Assembly (NCBI GenBank): GCA_963719315.1
Contig: CAVRBU010000002.1
Span: 1,472,001 to 1,536,000 of the forward strand
Direction of reading: 5' to 3'
Source: an uncultured Planctomycetota bacterium
Lineage (GTDB): Bacteria > Planctomycetota > Planctomycetia > Pirellulales > Lacipirellulaceae
DNA: 64,000 nt
The notes under the pieces are model-generated. The model saw only the letters and a list, made by a program, of their open reading frames with translations. It searched no databases and was not told the origin of the DNA. A program made the translations under genes and the position numbers. This document shows positions 61,999 through 64,000 of the stretch, one piece after another; position 1 is the stretch's first letter, and the number at the start of each line of letters is the position of its first letter.

Positions 61999-62488
61999 GA
62001 CCCAAGTATATGCGGAAACAGTGCCAGACGAAAGCAATCGGCAAACGCGCGTTTCCTCACGCGGCCTTACATATCCGCTGAATCTTTTTTATCGAAGAAC
62101 TGTGAAACATTGCCTCCGGTCGAGCAATCGTCGCGTGCACCGGTTGCAAATATCTTTACCAATAATGAGCCACGTATCGCTTCCTAAATGCGGATTTCCG
62201 GTTAACGCAATTTCGCGACAATATGCGACGAAGATGCCGACGACCACGATGGCGATCGTGATCCGGGTGCGGAAGCGTGTTCCCTAGGTGTAGTCGAAGC
62301 AGAAGTTGCGGATACCGTTGAGGCCGTGGTAAAGGGCGATGAAAAGGGCTGTTCCGTGCGGTTGTTCAAAGACCCAGTCGCACATGTTCGACATGATCTC
62401 GATGCCGCTGGTTTGGATATCGCGCGAAGCAGGCAGTGCCATGCCGTCGCGATCATGCATCATTAGCCGCGAGTAACCGCACACGGAT

Positions 62489-64000
62489 TCACTCAGCCGC
62501 GTCCCACCACCAAGCTTCCGCCGCTAATTCTTTCGGCGGAGGTGCCGTTCGCTCGATCGCGACTCCTGTACTATCCGTCGCGCGTGCTTCCTTCAATACA
62601 TCGCTGGGCGCGACCATCACACCGCCACTCACGCCGGCTAGAATCGTCCGCTGATTGATCACGCGATGATTGATGACGGTCTCCACCTCGCGGGGCACGT
62701 TGCCGTGCGGCAATCGCAATTGAGTTCCGTTCGCGAATATCGTTGGCTTCCAACCGACTTTTTCCGCCAGTCTGTCGCTCTGGATAATAGCCGCCGCCAT
62801 GGCCAAATCAAACATATTTCTTAGCTCCCCGTACACCGGATACTTTTGGGAAAGCTCGCCGAAATGGGCCGTGAACGACTCGGCAAACTGGCGATTGAGC
62901 GGATCGCTGTGGCCCGTATGCACGCGCTGGCCTTGCTCGGCCAGCATCTCGTTTTCGCTGAGCACTCCCACGCCTTGGCCAACTAACTCAAACGCGTCGT
63001 TCGCCTCCGACCGCGCGATCGTGTCGTATTTCAACGTGAACCACCACCGCAGCACCGACATCGCGGGCGGCGATTCGCCGTGCCGCAAGTGGATCGAACT
63101 CAAGTAGCTCTCAACGCCGTCCACGCCCTCGGCCAGGCCCATGCCGATCAGCTTCATGTGATAATCGGCTTCCACCAGAATTCTGGCGACGCGGCTTGCC
63201 GGGTCGATACCGAAGATTTCGATGTCCTGTCGGCCGACCGTGTCGCGCAAATCACTGAGCCACTTCTTCCTTTGCCCCGGCTCGAGCGGCTTCTGGCTCG
63301 ACGACGCCAAAAACGCTTGCGTCTTGGCCAGCGATGCTTGCCGCGGATTGATCGAACAGCCAAAGTGGCTGTTCGCCGCGTCCGGTCCGCGCCGCAGCAA
63401 CACGAGCAGATCATCGAGCCGCACGACCGGTTCAAGCGTCTTCTTGGAAACGATGCGACCATCGTCATCAACTTTCCAATCACCCGCCGGGCCGGCGAGC
63501 ACCAAATCCCCCGACTCCGGATACGCAAACACATATTTCACGCGTTGCAAGCCGGCGAGCGTAAGCATCGCAGGGTCCAGCGGTTTGTGCGCCGCTTGCC
63601 GCGCGCGATCTCGCGCTCCAGTCGCGGCAACGACACAAAGCGTAGCGTGCTGGCCTTCGATGCCAGTCGTGGTTGGTTCGCGTACGGAGGCGGGGCCGCG
63701 CCACGCTTTGCGGTGAGATCGCTCGCGCCTTGTGTTTTGGATTTGAGCCGCAACATTCCGCCCGCGTCCACGAGCACGCCGTTGGGGAATGGTCGAATAT
63801 CGGCCGAACCGCCGCCGTTCTCCATCCACGTATCGGTGGCAACGGTGGATTGAATCAAATCGATAAGCGAATCGAAATCGGCATTCGCCGCGGCGCCTCG
63901 CTGCGGAGTTCCATTCTGTCCCATGTTGCCATTTGCATTCGGACCGAACAGGAACCCGTTCTGCTGACCGCCAGGTAGGATCGCCGCGTTGGGAATGTTG
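62489..64000 (-). CDS. DUF1598 domain protein (5' end outside window; frameshift near 63600)
   Basis: DFDSLIDLIQSTV, LRFVSLPRLE; LAGLQR..YVF.YPE..DLVLAGPA, GCSI.P, ARILVEADYHMKLIG, RWWF. Confidence 0.85.
   Translation of the reverse strand, partial: QHSQRGDPTWRSAERVPVRSECKWQHGTEWNSAARRRGECRFRFAYRFDSIHRCHRYVDGERRRFGRYSTIPQRRARGRGRNVAAQIQNTRRERSHRKAWRGPASVREPTTTGIEGQHATLCVVAATGARDRARQAAHKPLDPAMLTLAGLQRVKYVFAYPESGDLVLAGPAGDWKVDDDGRIVSKKTLEPVVRLDDLLVLLRRGPDAANSHFGCSINPRQASLAKTQAFLASSSQKPLEPGQRKKWLSDLRDTVGRQDIEIFGIDPASRVARILVEADYHMKLIGMGLAEGVDGVESYLSSIHLRHGESPPAMSVLRWWFTLKYDTIARSEANDAFELVGQGVGVLSENEMLAEQGQRVHTGHSDPLNRQFAESFTAHFGELSQKYPVYGELRNMFDLAMAAAIIQSDRLAEKVGWKPTIFANGTQLRLPHGNVPREVETVINHRVINQRTILAGVSGGVMVAPSDVLKEARATDSTGVAIERTAPPPKELAAEAWWWDAAE

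Overview
GC-rich bacterial chromosome segment. PVC-type CxxCH proteins, DUF1598, DUF1580, an ECF41/TIGR02999-like sigma fragment and dockerin-like+PEP-CTERM tails point to Planctomycetota, probably Pirellulales (inference). Core genes (panB, der, family-4 UDG, hemolysin/CorC, hemW, CPA2 antiporter, nrdR, truB, ftsK, tRNA-Val(GAC), tRNA-Ala(CGC)) alternate with three accessory zones. (1) At 1.1-3.6 kb: an IS630-end MITE carrying a REP-like doublet, abutting an IS630 that has a second IS630 nested inside it. (2) A 25.7-kb element integrated in tRNA-Val(GAC), bounded by identical 48-bp att repeats (14559-14606 and 40216-40263). It carries a tyrosine integrase, a DUF1580 protein, a DnaB-N/AAA helicase, a truncated hsdM, an IS1182, an MtlR-like HEPN gene and secreted/carbohydrate cargo. 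(3) A stack of decayed elements of the same family at tRNA-Ala(CGC). The most unusual signal is a 70-nt tRNA-like cloverleaf in the helicase leader. It has a G3.U70 acceptor pair and a canonical T-arm, and its loop sequence is repeated 90 bp away next to the helicase ribosome-binding site. Other notable signals are a conserved integrase-leader module shared by both tRNA loci and ~45-bp direct repeats flanking a cargo gene. Many genes, including housekeeping ones, have single-base frameshifts that most likely reflect long-read consensus errors.
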